Under the pieces are notes generated by a model. The model made no database searches and was not told the DNA's origin. It worked only from the letters and a program-made list of their open reading frames with translations. Of a stretch of DNA of 64,000 nucleotides, positions 21,698-33,236 are shown in pieces (positions within the stretch are counted from its first letter, which is position 1; every line of letters begins with the position of its first letter). The DNA is from Diplonema japonicum (Eukaryota > Protista > Euglenozoa: Diplonemea): the NCBI GenBank assembly GCA_964019335.1, contig OZ025753.1, positions 225,205 through 289,204 on the forward strand. Reading direction: 5' to 3'. The position numbers were made by a program, and so were the translations under genes.

Positions 21698-22475
21698 TTT
21701 CTTAAGGCAAACCATACCCCCGAACTCCGATACATGTGTTTGCAAAAAAAGAAGAAGGAAAGCTATGTCATTGTTTCGCGATAGCTTTGGATCAACTTTG
21801 AAAAGATGCGTGGATGTGCGAAAGAACATTTCGTTTCACCAGTATGCCGGTGTGTATGTGGGGGAGGGGGTGTTTTTATTCTTATTTTGTCAACCCGTTC
21901 GTAGGTGGAGAGCACTTTTTTCTTTTTGTTTTTTTCTAAGGAACGTTTCTTGCCCCTTATTGTCCATTTCAGTATTTCCATTTTCTTTTTTTTTTTTTTG
22001 CGTTGGGAGTGTGGGGGGGCTCAGAGCTGCGATGTGTTTTATAAAGAAAAAAGAAATAAAACTTCGGGGTACTGTGAAATGGTACACGTTCTCCTTTTTT
22101 CCCCCCTTCTTTTTCTTCTTTTTCTTTTCTTAAAATGGGGATTTTTCTTTTTTTCTCTCTCTCTTTCTCACCCCTTTCTTTTTGAATGGGGACCAAGCAT
22201 GCCATGTCTGAGGCTTCTCGGTTTTGCTTCGAATCACCTCACCACCTCTCAACTGGCAGCCAGCAGGAAAAAACAGCACGTTGGCGATGGCCGGAGATAG
22301 TTGGTATGCTTCTGTTAAGAGTGAGGTTTCTTCTTTTTTTCTTTCTTTCTATCCTCTTTTTATTTTCTTTCTTTCCACACCACTCTTTTTCTATTTTACA
22401 AAAAAAAAAAGCACATTTCTTTTTTTTTTTTTCAAAGCGCCAAGAGAAAACTAATTTCTTTACAGGATACACAGC

Positions 22476-24611
22476 ATGTCCCTAGCATGTGAGCTTTCGG
22501 GGTTGAAAGGGATGAGAGATGTACTGACACCCGAGCAGTTCGAGGCAGCAAAGGACGCTGTTATCGGGGACTACGTAAAGAAGACGGAAAGAGATGCTGA
22601 GACAAAACGCAGTGTGGAAGATAGAGAGCCCCCCGCATTCACCGTCCGTCTATTCTGGGACATGTCTGGTGACGGCGTACCGAATATCGCAGAGCTCTCA
22701 GATGAAGCGAAACGGCTGCAGGAGATGTTAGTTACCAACTGGGATCCAAGCAAAGTGCACTTCGACGGCCGTTCTTACCACTCTGAGAAGATAGATGTGT
22801 CGGATGAGGCCACAGCTGCACTACGCAATGCAGGCTTGGGACCTATACAAAGGAAGTACACTATGATATCTGATCTCACGAAACTGATGGACAACGCAGA
22901 ACCGGCATCTCAGCTGTTGGTGGTGTCTGTCGTGGGTGGAGGCGAATGGTCAGGCATCATCGCCGATGTTTTGAAAGACCTGCAAGAGTACGGGTACAAA
23001 ACGGCAGTCGTTTCCAGCAACGAAGCCTTTCGCCCTATGGGGGCGTTCATCAACTGGAATGAACTGAAGAAGGAGAGGAAGGCAGCAGCCGATCCCACGG
23101 AGCAGAACCCTCCCAAGATGGATGCCCAGATCATAGCAGCACAACTCCGCAAGAAGGTTAAACTCTTAGAAGAAAAGATTGCAATGCAGCAGCTTCTAGA
23201 GCACCAGCCTTTAGAACAGATTCCGAAGCAGCCAGAGAATATAGATGTAATGCTCTACTGGGACACCCAGTTATGCCCCGTTCCCCGAGGCATGACCTTG
23301 GAACAAGTCATGCTGAATGTTTTAAAAGTACTACACACATTGTCGGAGAGGTGGTTCCCTGAGGAGGTCGAGGCACCTATATACCAGTTTCTGGGAGGCT
23401 TTGTCTCTGGCTGCCTTGATAGTGAGAGGTTCGAACACCAAGGCCTGACCCGTGTGGCGTCCTTGCTCCCTTCCATGGAAGAGCATGGGAAGGTTTGTTC
23501 CGTTAAAAACACGGTTTTCGTAGCAATCGCTGTCGCCCCTCCGCCTGTGTGCAGCAATAGAGGGCTGAAAACGGTGGTCTTGATGGACGTGGATAGTGAT
23601 GTGACGGGCTTCCCGTCGTTCAAATGGAACACGTTTAAAGAGTGTGTGGCACCGGTGTCGCAGCGAATCGTTCACGTCAACGTGTTTTGGGACGCAGTGC
23701 ATTCACCGCCCGGAGCGGCGTTCAGCAGATCGACTTTGTATTTTAACAAGTGGTTCATGGAACAGGCGGCGGAACAATTCCCAGGGGATGGTCTTGTAGC
23801 CTACCGGCTTCACGGTTGCGTGTACACAACGCAAAAGGATTTCCCATGGGACGACTGTACATGTCTCAAGCCGAGTGCAAGCCTTGTTGATGATGCTGCT
23901 GCCTTCTCGTACCCTCTGAACCCCGCCGACCGCGTCAATTCCATCATCTTCATCGTCTCCAGCAATCCTGTCGCTATAAGAGCCAAAAGGTCCTTCGCCC
24001 GAAGCGGATACAGTAGTAATAGAATTATCCATGTTGAATCGGTAACCTGTTCCTTGGTGTTGGATCGTTCCGCACCCATATCGGAGAAAAGAAAAGGTCT
24101 TTTACCGTTGCCGGCGGAGAAAAGATTCCGGCACTTACAAACAACGGCCAGTTCCTCTTTGCCGGCGGAGAAAAGAATGAAGGTGGAGGTAGGAGTGTTG
24201 GGTCACAGCAGTGTCGCTCCCGCGCAGGCACCCACACATAATTGGTGGCACGAAAGACCGCCGCCGCCACCTGGCCGCCTGCCGCCACACGTGGTTGAAA
24301 GTTTGGAAAAAAGGTGGACGAAGGTAGTTAGGGTTTTGAGGTCTCAGGAGTTCTTAACCGCAAAGCAAAGTCACACTGAGCTCCCTGCTGCGCTGCGGCC
24401 TCCTGACATCTACAGCGTGATAACCACGAAGAAATTTAAGAAGTGTGTGACGAGATGGCGCAATGCACTTATGTTCTATAGGGCGCCCAAACAGAAAAAG
24501 GACAAGGCGCTCAAGAAGGAAATGAAAAAAGCAGCTGCAGCTAAATTTGCGAATACCCCGTTTCCTACGTATGAAGATGTGGTCGGCGGCGCCTTCATTC
24601 CGTTTTCCTAG
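22476..24611 (+). CDS. SHOCT-like + three tandem NYN (PIN-like) domain protein, paralogue 1
   Basis: N-terminal ELSGLKGMRDVLTPEQFEAAKDAVI (SHOCT-like). Three units begin RLFWD, MLYWDTQLCPVP and NVFWD. Unit 1 ends ..LKDLQEYGYKTAVVS, as NYN domains do. Confidence 0.7.
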   Translation: MSLACELSGLKGMRDVLTPEQFEAAKDAVIGDYVKKTERDAETKRSVEDREPPAFTVRLFWDMSGDGVPNIAELSDEAKRLQEMLVTNWDPSKVHFDGRSYHSEKIDVSDEATAALRNAGLGPIQRKYTMISDLTKLMDNAEPASQLLVVSVVGGGEWSGIIADVLKDLQEYGYKTAVVSSNEAFRPMGAFINWNELKKERKAAADPTEQNPPKMDAQIIAAQLRKKVKLLEEKIAMQQLLEHQPLEQIPKQPENIDVMLYWDTQLCPVPRGMTLEQVMLNVLKVLHTLSERWFPEEVEAPIYQFLGGFVSGCLDSERFEHQGLTRVASLLPSMEEHGKVCSVKNTVFVAIAVAPPPVCSNRGLKTVVLMDVDSDVTGFPSFKWNTFKECVAPVSQRIVHVNVFWDAVHSPPGAAFSRSTLYFNKWFMEQAAEQFPGDGLVAYRLHGCVYTTQKDFPWDDCTCLKPSASLVDDAAAFSYPLNPADRVNSIIFIVSSNPVAIRAKRSFARSGYSSNRIIHVESVTCSLVLDRSAPISEKRKGLLPLPAEKRFRHLQTTASSSLPAEKRMKVEVGVLGHSSVAPAQAPTHNWWHERPPPPPGRLPPHVVESLEKRWTKVVRVLRSQEFLTAKQSHTELPAALRPPDIYSVITTKKFKKCVTRWRNALMFYRAPKQKKDKALKKEMKKAAAAKFANTPFPTYEDVVGGAFIPFS

Positions 24612-24872
24612 CGCCAGCCGAGGTTCCGTACTTTTGCTGAAAGAAGAAGGAAATAGAGGGTTTACCGCTTTTTTTTTAATCCCCCCCGTCACCCCCACGA
24701 TATCAGAGTGAGCTCCTTTCCCCCCCAAGATTGTATTTCATTTAGTTGGGTTTTCTTTTTAAAAAATAGTCTGAATTTGCTTTTTCATCCTAACCATTTT
24801 TATAACAGGAAGGGGGGGGGGAGGGGGGGAAGTGGAAGCTGGAATCGAAAAACGAAGAAATATACGTTGAAG

Positions 24873-26891
24873 ATGTCGGAAGAGGTATCATTGGTGAGCG
24901 AACTGGGCAAGCTCAAGCAACTGTTCGACGACAAAGCGCTGACAAGGGCTCAGTTCAAGGCAGCCACGGATGCAGTCATTGCTAGGTTTAGCAATGCCCC
25001 TGTCAATCCGACTCCGAAGCAGCTACAGGTACGGGTACAGGCACCAGTGGCCATTCCCAAGACCCCACCGTATTTCATTTACCTTTATTGGGACGATAGT
25101 GCTGACTTAGGCCAACAAACGAATTTAGACAATTTGAAGAGGAGCGTGCAGCTCGCAATGCAGCAAAAGTCTGGAATCGACGTCACCAGTGCTGCCATGG
25201 CGGGGTGGTTTTACAGCCGTAAGGGGCGGCAGATATGGCAGGAAACAGAGGGCAGCATGCACGTAGACGGCGACGACAAATCGATGCTCCATGATTTGAT
25301 GGCACTGCCCAAGATGACAAAGACAGTCCTAGTCGTAGTGACCAATAGCTCGGCGGTTTTATCAGCTGATCTGCATGAGCGCAATGGGCTCCAGCACTGT
25401 CTCTTCATCACCGACATGCCGGTTCCGATCCAAAGCAGCATGCATTGCATTGCTTTGCAAGCTGCTCTTATGGGGCACTTGGAGGAGCCAAGTCCACCAG
25501 TACAGAAGGAGGTCGAGCAATCTATCACAACAGAAGCGGAGCCACCTAGAACTAACATCCCCATCTCCTTGCTGTGGGACTGTGCGACGTGTCCTTTGCA
25601 GGTTCCATTTTCTAGATTCGTTGAGCTGTTCAGAAAGCATGTTTCGCAAGTGTTGTCTTGCAGACCTGACGACCTCTGCGTCAGCGGTGGGTACTACTCC
25701 ACGGCGGAGGTGTCGCCTGATCTGTTGGTCGAGATCAACGCGTTCGGTCTGGAAAAGCGGGTAGGTGGCGTGGGCGCCCTTATAACATCTATGCGGGCCA
25801 TTACATCGTTCTCTGCTTTGGGATGTGCCTGCGTCCTGATGACGAACAACGACAGCTTCAAACAGCAGCTCGATTCGCTTCAAAAGGCAAAGGTCAGCAC
25901 GGTAGTGGTCTCGGACGCGTTTCTTGACGGAGGGCGGGACCACAGCCTGCAGTGGGCCGACATGAATGACCGAACGGACTCCGCTGGACACAGATTGCTC
26001 GTGCACTGGGACATGGCAGAGTGCTTATTATCAAAAGCGCACAAGCCGTTCAGCCAGATTCTCATGGAAATCAAGGAACACGTGAAGGCGAAGAAGGTGC
26101 TGGGATGGGACCCTACAAGTGCGTGTTTCAAGGGTACCTACCACAACGCGTCCAGCAACCCGCGCGACTCTGGTGATGTGGAGTTCCACGGGTTGCAGCG
26201 CACGAAGGAGCCGATTAGCACCACGCTGAGAAGGATGGCTGAGATCGCAAAGACAGAGCAACCGCACGCTGCCGTCAAAACCCTGTTGGTGGTGATTGCA
26301 GACGTTGGGCCTTTGAAGAATCAACTGCAGAGCGTCATGAGAGGAGGGTACAGGGTGGCCGTGGTCACTAACAGCATAGTCGAGGTGCCCTCTGTCGTCT
26401 TGTCTATGAAGTGGGACAACTTGCAACGTGTCTCGTTCGAGACTAGCGCCCCTCGTATTATCCCCAATTTCCATGCGAGGGAGAGAGAGGTGAACAACTT
26501 CTCGGGGGAGCTCCCTTTCAGAATCATGAAAGATGAACCTGCTTCGGAAGAAAAGAAGTTTGAAATCCACCTCCCTCCAGCACGACCCGCCGCAGTCCCC
26601 GTGAAGAAGAATAAGGAGGAAGAAGTTGTTGCGGAGCCACCCGTTCCACCACCTCCTGTTGAGTTCATTCTTGCGGACGACTCGGATTCCTCGGAGGATT
26701 ACTTACCGCTGGCGGTGGCCGAGCCGTCGTCTTTTGTGGAGGACGAGGAAGAGCTGTATTGCCCTCAGAGTGCTAATGTGAATACTGCCAGCAGCACCAA
26801 GCGGGCGAACGCAGAAGCTTCGGAGCAACCCGAGGCGAAGCGGCAGAACGTGAACGGCATTAATTATAGTGTTTTGTTGGATGCTGAGTGA
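24873..26891 (+). CDS. SHOCT-like + three tandem NYN (PIN-like) domain protein, paralogue 2
   Basis: ELGKLKQLFDDKALTRAQFKAATDAVI, then units YLYWDD, SLLWDCATCPL...VLMTNNDSFKQQLDSLQKAKVSTVVVS, and LVHWDMAEC...QLQSVMRGGYRVAVVT. Acidic disordered tail. Confidence 0.72.
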   Translation: MSEEVSLVSELGKLKQLFDDKALTRAQFKAATDAVIARFSNAPVNPTPKQLQVRVQAPVAIPKTPPYFIYLYWDDSADLGQQTNLDNLKRSVQLAMQQKSGIDVTSAAMAGWFYSRKGRQIWQETEGSMHVDGDDKSMLHDLMALPKMTKTVLVVVTNSSAVLSADLHERNGLQHCLFITDMPVPIQSSMHCIALQAALMGHLEEPSPPVQKEVEQSITTEAEPPRTNIPISLLWDCATCPLQVPFSRFVELFRKHVSQVLSCRPDDLCVSGGYYSTAEVSPDLLVEINAFGLEKRVGGVGALITSMRAITSFSALGCACVLMTNNDSFKQQLDSLQKAKVSTVVVSDAFLDGGRDHSLQWADMNDRTDSAGHRLLVHWDMAECLLSKAHKPFSQILMEIKEHVKAKKVLGWDPTSACFKGTYHNASSNPRDSGDVEFHGLQRTKEPISTTLRRMAEIAKTEQPHAAVKTLLVVIADVGPLKNQLQSVMRGGYRVAVVTNSIVEVPSVVLSMKWDNLQRVSFETSAPRIIPNFHAREREVNNFSGELPFRIMKDEPASEEKKFEIHLPPARPAAVPVKKNKEEEVVAEPPVPPPPVEFILADDSDSSEDYLPLAVAEPSSFVEDEEELYCPQSANVNTASSTKRANAEASEQPEAKRQNVNGINYSVLLDAE

Positions 26892-27366
26892 AAACGATTT
26901 GTCGTTCATAACGGTGACAAGAAGAAAAAGAAAAGAAAAGAAAAGAAAATGCTTTTCACCAACACTTGCCTCCTTTATTTCCTATAATTTTTAAAGTTGT
27001 AAAACGAAGGAATTATGAACGAGCGGACTCAAAGAGGGGGGGGGGGGGGGGGGGCGAGACGCATGCACAGAAGAACAGAAAGAAGAAGAAAAATAAGACC
27101 TAATACCTTTTTTTATTACGTAGTACCATTTGATTTAACTGATTTTTATTCGAATTTCTTCTTTTTTTCTTTTTGTAGGTGATGTGTTTTGCTGTAGATA
27201 CGGATGAAAAAGAGAAAAAGAGAACCTCCCCACCCCTTCTTTTTTTTGGTTGTTGGCCCGATTCTGTATCCATTCTCATCATAAATCTTTTTTGTTGTTT
27301 TCTCAGTTTTTTTTCCACATAACCCTCCCCGCAAAAAAACAAAACAACAAAAGGAGGGGGGAAAAG

Positions 27367-28207
27367 ATGAATGAAGACCGGACAGAGTCCGTGAGCCTCC
27401 TTGTAACCCTGCCATCCTCAGGATCCCTTCTGTTGGAAACGGACAGGAAAGACACGATAAATAAGTTGAAAGCGAAGATTGCGTCCTCCGCCAACCTGAA
27501 CGCGGCGAACTTTACTCTTTCGTTTCAGGGCGAGGAGCTGGGAGAAGGCGATGCGCTCGTTGGGGAACGCGGGTTTGAGAACAAAAGTTTAATACAGGTT
27601 GTGATGGACAACAAGCGGGATGACGCATTGACACTGCTCTCCAAGATGGGGTGGGGGGACAAAACACCCCAAGACATATACTTAGAGATCTTTGTCACAG
27701 GTGACGACAATAAGTACGCAACCATCCTGAACGCCATGCTGGATGCTAATAAGTGCCAAGATGACGATGCGCTCCGAAGGGTGCTAGTGGAGGCTACCTG
27801 GCGAGGGTACACCTCCTGCCTGCGCATAATTTTAACACGCACCCAGATCGATGTTAACTCAGAGACGCAGCAGGGAAGCTTTCCTTTAATACGTGCAGCT
27901 GCCAAGGGGGATGCTCGCATTGTGTCCCTGTACCTTGACCACAAGGCTGATATAAATGTGCGGGATGCATCGGGTGCGACAGCTCTGCTTCGTGCCTCCA
28001 TGCATGGCTGCGACGATGTCGTTTCGTTGCTGCTTGACTACGGGGCCGACCCGGGTATTCGAGACAATCTGCGTATGATAAAAAAGGGGGAAAGGGGTTT
28101 GGGGGAAAAAACACGATTTCTTTTTTTCACTCGCAGGCCGTCTTCCTGCTGATTGGGCAAACATAAACAAGCACGATGCCGTAGCTCGTTTGCTGGCACC
28201 TTCTTGA
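27367..28207 (+). CDS. UBL + ankyrin-repeat protein, join(27367..28072,28137..28207)
   Basis: UBL N-terminus (DTINKLKAKIA..NFTLSFQGEEL) and ankyrin repeats (FPLIRAAAKGD, TALLRASMHG). Removing a GTATG...CGCAG intron completes the last repeat (DNLRRLPADWANINKHDAVARLLAPS*). Confidence 0.82.
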
Positions 28208-28476
28208 AAAGACATACCGGTCGAAAAACAGCAAATGGGAGTGCATACGTTGGTACCGTTGGTTGTCTAACCCGGGCTTTCGGTGGGGTGGAAACTTTTT
28301 GACGTTTCCTTTTTTTTTTTCTCAGAGACCTTCTGAAATGACTAACCCATTGGCTGGTTGTTCTTTTCACCAACACGTCCTTGGATCCCTTTTTTTTTTT
28401 TTTTTGTGTTCTGTAAAGCAATTAATCCCGGAAGGAAGATCTACCGGAATCCTCCGTGGGGCTTCCGACGTACCCA

Positions 28477-28521
28477 AGAGCAGGGCATCATAGAGCAGGG
28501 CATCATAGAGCAGGGCATCAT
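28477..28521 (+). repeat. 15-bp tandem repeat (AGAGCAGGGCATCAT)x3
   Basis: Three exact copies. Confidence 0.9.
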
Positions 28522-28689
28522 AGGGTAGGCACGCACTGTGGTCGTTGCTTACACTTTATCGCCCAATCACGTTGCCTCTCTTGCCAGTGGACAAAAAAGG
28601 CAAGAATAGTGAGAGGCAAGGGCTGCCTTCCAGCGAGAGGCAAAGGCTAAGTTGTGAAGGTCCGAGGCCATCGGAGACAAGCGTGCCAT

Positions 28690-28855
28690 CCTCGGTCATC
28701 ACCGGTAGCACCCGAGTGGAAGAACGTATTGCAGATGCTCAAGGTGACGAACAGGCAGCAAACTGCACGAGCGAAGTCTTGGTTACCCGAGGCGTCCCGG
28801 CTAGGGTTCAGTTGCACACCGCACGCGGAAGAAACTACAGCTCGGCCGCGGTGTT
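28690..28855. repeat. Dispersed repeat family E copy
   Basis: Aligns with 61240-61420 (CCGGTAGCRCCCGAGTGG...GCAGATGCTCA...CTTGGTTACCCG...GTTGCACACCGCACGC). Confidence 0.75.
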
Positions 28856-30007
28856 TATTTTTGCCATTTCTTAAGCTAAGCTCTTTGCCACAGACAATTT
28901 CTTCAGTGGGACAGCATATGTATATACGGGGGGAAAGCAAGGGTGGCCCCAAACGGTGCTTGAAAAAAGAACGTTCGGAGAAGAAATTACCGGAAGCCCT
29001 GACGGACCGGAAGTTTTTACTTTCCTGTAATTTATTGTTTTACAGTATTTTTCTTTTTCTGTGTTACACTAATCTCTGACCTCTTTTTTATAAATGTCTC
29101 TTTTCTTTTTCTTCTTTTTTTATCGCAATAGAATTCTTTTCTAGCAATAAGAAAAATGAAGAAATATGAATATGAATATGAATATGAATGGGAAAACAGC
29201 GGCTATTCAGAGGTACTTTTTTTATTTTTCATCAAAATGCATGTGGTGTGGAATTAGTTTAAAAAGAATGACCTTTTTGAATAACGCTTTGAATCTCTCT
29301 TTTTTTTTTTTTTCGCCGAGTAAAGTGGATTTAGTTTTCTGCAGGGGTTGTATCTTTTTTTAGGTGCAGGTAGAGCAGAAGGGGGCGTCTCACAAAGACT
29401 TCTTGTAACTCATATGTTTTCTTCTTTTTTTTTTTTAACCATCAAGTTGAGATTTTATTCTGTGCAAGGTCATGGTTCACTTAGAAATGCCTTTTTGTAT
29501 AAGATGGTTAAAATAGTATTCTCCCCTTACCTCGAAGCGGAAAGTAGCCAAACGGCAAGTCTTGCCATATTTCTTTTTCTTCTACTTGTGTACGGGTCCA
29601 TAAACTTCTCCAGGTTTCTACCCGGCACGCACCCAGTTCTTCTTTGGCAGGCAGCCGTGATATTTGCTGCATTTGGACCTAACGGTCTAATATTTATTTC
29701 ATTTTTTTATCCTTTTTTTTTCTTTGGCGTCTTCCACGAATTTCTTTTCCCTGGTCACCACATACATGTCCCGTGCCTTCTCAATAAGAGGGCTGGGCTT
29801 CCGTCATCCTTCTAACTTCCATGTAGCCCGCCATCTGTTCATATGTTGTAACCGCCCTATTCATCACAGCTTCCCCGGCACATGCCTCGCGCACCTTGTC
29901 CTCCAAGCATCTAAATTATTTTATCTTTTTCGAACCTTCTAAGGAAGGTAGCATTCTTTTTAGCTGCATTTAAAAAACCCCTCCCCCACAGGTAGAATTA
30001 AGTTCTG

Positions 30008-31017
30008 ATGTCTGTGGCTCTACACGTGCACCTTCCATCTGGGAGCGCTCTTGACATTGCCATGGAGGGCCATGAGCTGGTGGAACAGCTTAAGGAAAAG
30101 GCGTCCGTAGCTGGTTGAAAACAGACACGTTTCTTTTGATGTTTGAAGGAGAAGAGTTGCGCGGGGAGCAACATGTTTGGGAGCAGCCGTTCGAGGACTA
30201 GAGCGATCTGGAGGTGGTGACGAAAAAAGATACTGAGCTCGAAGCCTACTTCGAGAAGCTTGAGAAACTGAAGGAAGATCACAGTGGGGACCACATAGAT
30301 ATTGTCACAATCCTTTCGAAGATCGCCTCTCGATGCAAGATGAGTGGCGACGTCGCCATCGCTCTGCAATACTGCACAGAGGCACTGGACATGGCAGGAC
30401 GCATCGACAAGGTTCCGATTTTAACCGCGTCACTGTTGTACTTGTTGGGCAACATACAGAAGGCAGCCAAGGACTACCCCACAGCATTGCAGACACTGCA
30501 CGCTTGCATGAAGGTGCGGAAGAGTTTCCATGCAAACATCGAAAGCATCCACTTCAACATCGGACACGTCCACAGGCTGCTGGAGGATCACCAGATGGCA
30601 TTGCATCACTACAAACAAGCACTCCGGCTCCTCGGCAGATCAAGCATCCATGTGAAGCTTAAGTATTTGACGCGCATAGCTACGACGTATCTTTCTATAG
30701 GTGACAGCAATGCTGCACTGGCGCGCTACCTTAGGGCTTTGGAAATGGGGGATCTCGCATGCCTGAAGAGTCCATCTGTTGCCTCTAGGATGGTAAGGGT
30801 CGCGGACATCTACGAGTCAATGGGCGACACCGACAAGGCTTGTCTGTACCTTGTCGACTCCGTCGAGATGCTGAGGAGCATTGACTCGGTTGATCACCGC
30901 CCCATCATCGCCACCACCTCTGACAGGATAGCCCAGCTGTCCCACGATGCAGGCAATCTTGCGGCTGCTGCAGAGTACCGTGGCATCGCCTCTGAGATGC
31001 GGGGCTGTCAGGACTGA
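30008..31017 (+). pseudogene. UBL + TPR protein, disrupted
   Basis: ATG 30008 gives MSVALHVHLPSGSALDIAMEGHELVEQLKEKA. There is a 1-nt frameshift near 30114 and an in-frame TAG at 30199-30201 where paralogues have PFEDQS. Intact TPR motifs follow (LYLLGNIQKAAKDYPTALQ, HFNIGHVHRLLEDHQMALHHYKQAL). Confidence 0.75.
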
Positions 31018-31136
31018 AGCATAGCAAAGCAGTGCGCACACATTAGCTTAGACGTTGAGGATATTAAAGAATGTTTGGGAAGGGACTCCTCATCAGCCAG
31101 ACAGCTGCACAGATTTAAAAAAGAAAAAAAGAAAAG

Positions 31137-31814
31137 ATGGGCTGCGAAGCGTCGAAGGAGAAAACCAGGCCCAGGCCACACCCCGTGGACTCGATGCTTC
31201 GGACAGATGACGGGGTTCCTGTGAGCGAGACACCTGCGGAGAAGGAGCTACCTCCCATTTATGAGGCGGTGCCGTATGATGGGAAATGTTGCCCGAAGCA
31301 GAAGGCGTACATGGGCAAGGTTGGCCTCGGGAGCGAAGGGGGGATGGTGCTGACACATTTCCCGGGGAAGATGTTGGCGTGCAAGCTGAGGGACCTGGGG
31401 TGCGATGTGGTGGTGACGCTGCAGAAAGATGAGGAAGGGGCGCAGAAGGTGAAAGCATTGTGTGGTGAGTTCAGCATGGATTGGATTCAGATCGACTTCT
31501 GGCATCTTTACCACTCGGGGAAGTCGAACGAGCTGTTTGCAGAGGTAGCAAAGGTGTCATCCCTCATCAGGTCCGGCAAGCATGTGGCGATCCACTGCGC
31601 AGCAGGCATCCATCGAACTGGGATGTTTGCATACTCAGTGCTACGTGAGATAGGATATTCTTCCAAGGCTGCAACTGACTCCCTGCGCCACCTCAGGGAG
31701 GTGACTTACCTTCGTGTCGGGCGTCATCGCATCCAGGGTGTTGAGAAGATGGTGGGTGGCAAGCCCGCCAACGAGGAAGACCTCCCACCCGCCACAGAGA
31801 CGAAACAAAAGTAG
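31137..31814 (+). CDS. Protein tyrosine/dual-specificity phosphatase with a predicted N-myristoylation/palmitoylation motif
   Basis: Catalytic loop VAIHCAAGIHRTG (HCX5R). The N-terminus is MGCEASK. Confidence 0.88.
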   Translation: MGCEASKEKTRPRPHPVDSMLRTDDGVPVSETPAEKELPPIYEAVPYDGKCCPKQKAYMGKVGLGSEGGMVLTHFPGKMLACKLRDLGCDVVVTLQKDEEGAQKVKALCGEFSMDWIQIDFWHLYHSGKSNELFAEVAKVSSLIRSGKHVAIHCAAGIHRTGMFAYSVLREIGYSSKAATDSLRHLREVTYLRVGRHRIQGVEKMVGGKPANEEDLPPATETKQK

Positions 31815-33236
31815 CAGTGATTCATAAAGAGTCATGTTTCTTCTTCCTTTTACATACAAAGTACTAGGAGGTTCCGAATCGACCTTTTTACAATATATAT
31901 GTATATATATTGATGAGATTCTAAAGAAAAAGAGATAGTGGTAGCATTTGTTGGGCTTATAGGTTAATCCCAGCTGCGCACCCTTACCCTACCCTATCCC
32001 CTGCCTATCCTGTAGACAGGTTCCCTTTGTTATCTTTTGGGGTTCTTTCGGCTTTTTATTTCCCGCAGTTGAAGGTGCTTTTATTCCTGCTTGCAATATC
32101 ATTTCAGGTGTGCCTCTCGCCTGAAAGAGGTCGCGAGATTTGACCGAGAGCTACCCTAGCAACTGACCATCGCGCGGAGTTTGCATGTGACATCGCATTT
32201 TCTTTCTTTTGGTGAGGTCCCGCTGTTTCAATGAACAAGAATACATAAAGAAGAAAATAATGAGGTGTAGATCTTTTTTTTGCTCTCTATCTATCTGACA
32301 TCACACCGTTTGTTCCTTTCTATCTCCTCTACGATGTTTCTCTCTTTTATGACTCATATCATTGGTGTTTCGACGAGCACGCTGCATCATCTTAAAACAG
32401 GTAGGTTTCCAGACATAACACAATAGCTAAGATGCCCTGTGAAGAACGACAATAGCTACGGGTGGGGTGAGACGTGCATACGGTGTGCGTCATCGATCGG
32501 GTGCTGCTGCCTGTGGTGACGCAAACGGGTTTGCGGGTTTGCGGACAAAGGCCGCCTTCTTTGATGCTGGTACCGATCCTGGAGAATGACGTCGTTCCGC
32601 AACCAGCTGAGTAGTAGCAGCCCCCCTTTCTCGAACGACGTTTCCCTCGCCTCCCCTCGCTCGTGACAGCACGCCGGACTGATCCAAACGCCGCGTCTGT
32701 GTGAACGAACACTGTCGCGAAGGTACTACGAAAAGAACAATATTGCAGGAAGATTTAGTAGTGGATGACAAGGGGCATATAACGGCGACCCTTTTTTAAC
32801 TCATTTTCTATATTTTCTTTTTTCGGCTTTTTCAGCACACTCCAGCGGGTTCTTCGGTACCACAACCTGATTGCCTCGAAGCTGCCCTTCCTTCTTCAAC
32901 CTTCATCCTACAACGAGCACTAAATTGTCCTTTCTGCTTTTCGCACTTCATTGCTCAAGCGAAATACCAAGACGACAAGCTCGAAGCTCTATTTCTGAAT
33001 TGCCACCCTTGGCATAGTATGATATTTTCATATATTTAGCAGTGTAATACGACAGCGAAGTCGCACGTACAGGAATGCGATGAAGCGGAAGGAGAAGGGA
33101 AGAGGACACATTCGGTTTTGGTGCCAGAATGGCTTTATTGCCTTCTCGATAGCACTCACCACCGGGCATCGCTTCAAGTCGGGTTTAATGGCCCGTTGGA
33201 AAACAGTGGGGAAGAAAAAAGAAAGAAAAGAACACC

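Noticed and set aside
28477-28521. Short direct repeats as a possible CRISPR array
   Set aside because: No spacers and no cas genes; eukaryotic context.
30114-30201. TGA/TAG in the UBL-TPR gene as possible recoding
   Set aside because: Accompanied by a frameshift, and the TAG replaces a Gln codon seen in paralogues. Ordinary pseudogenisation (or sequence error) is simpler.
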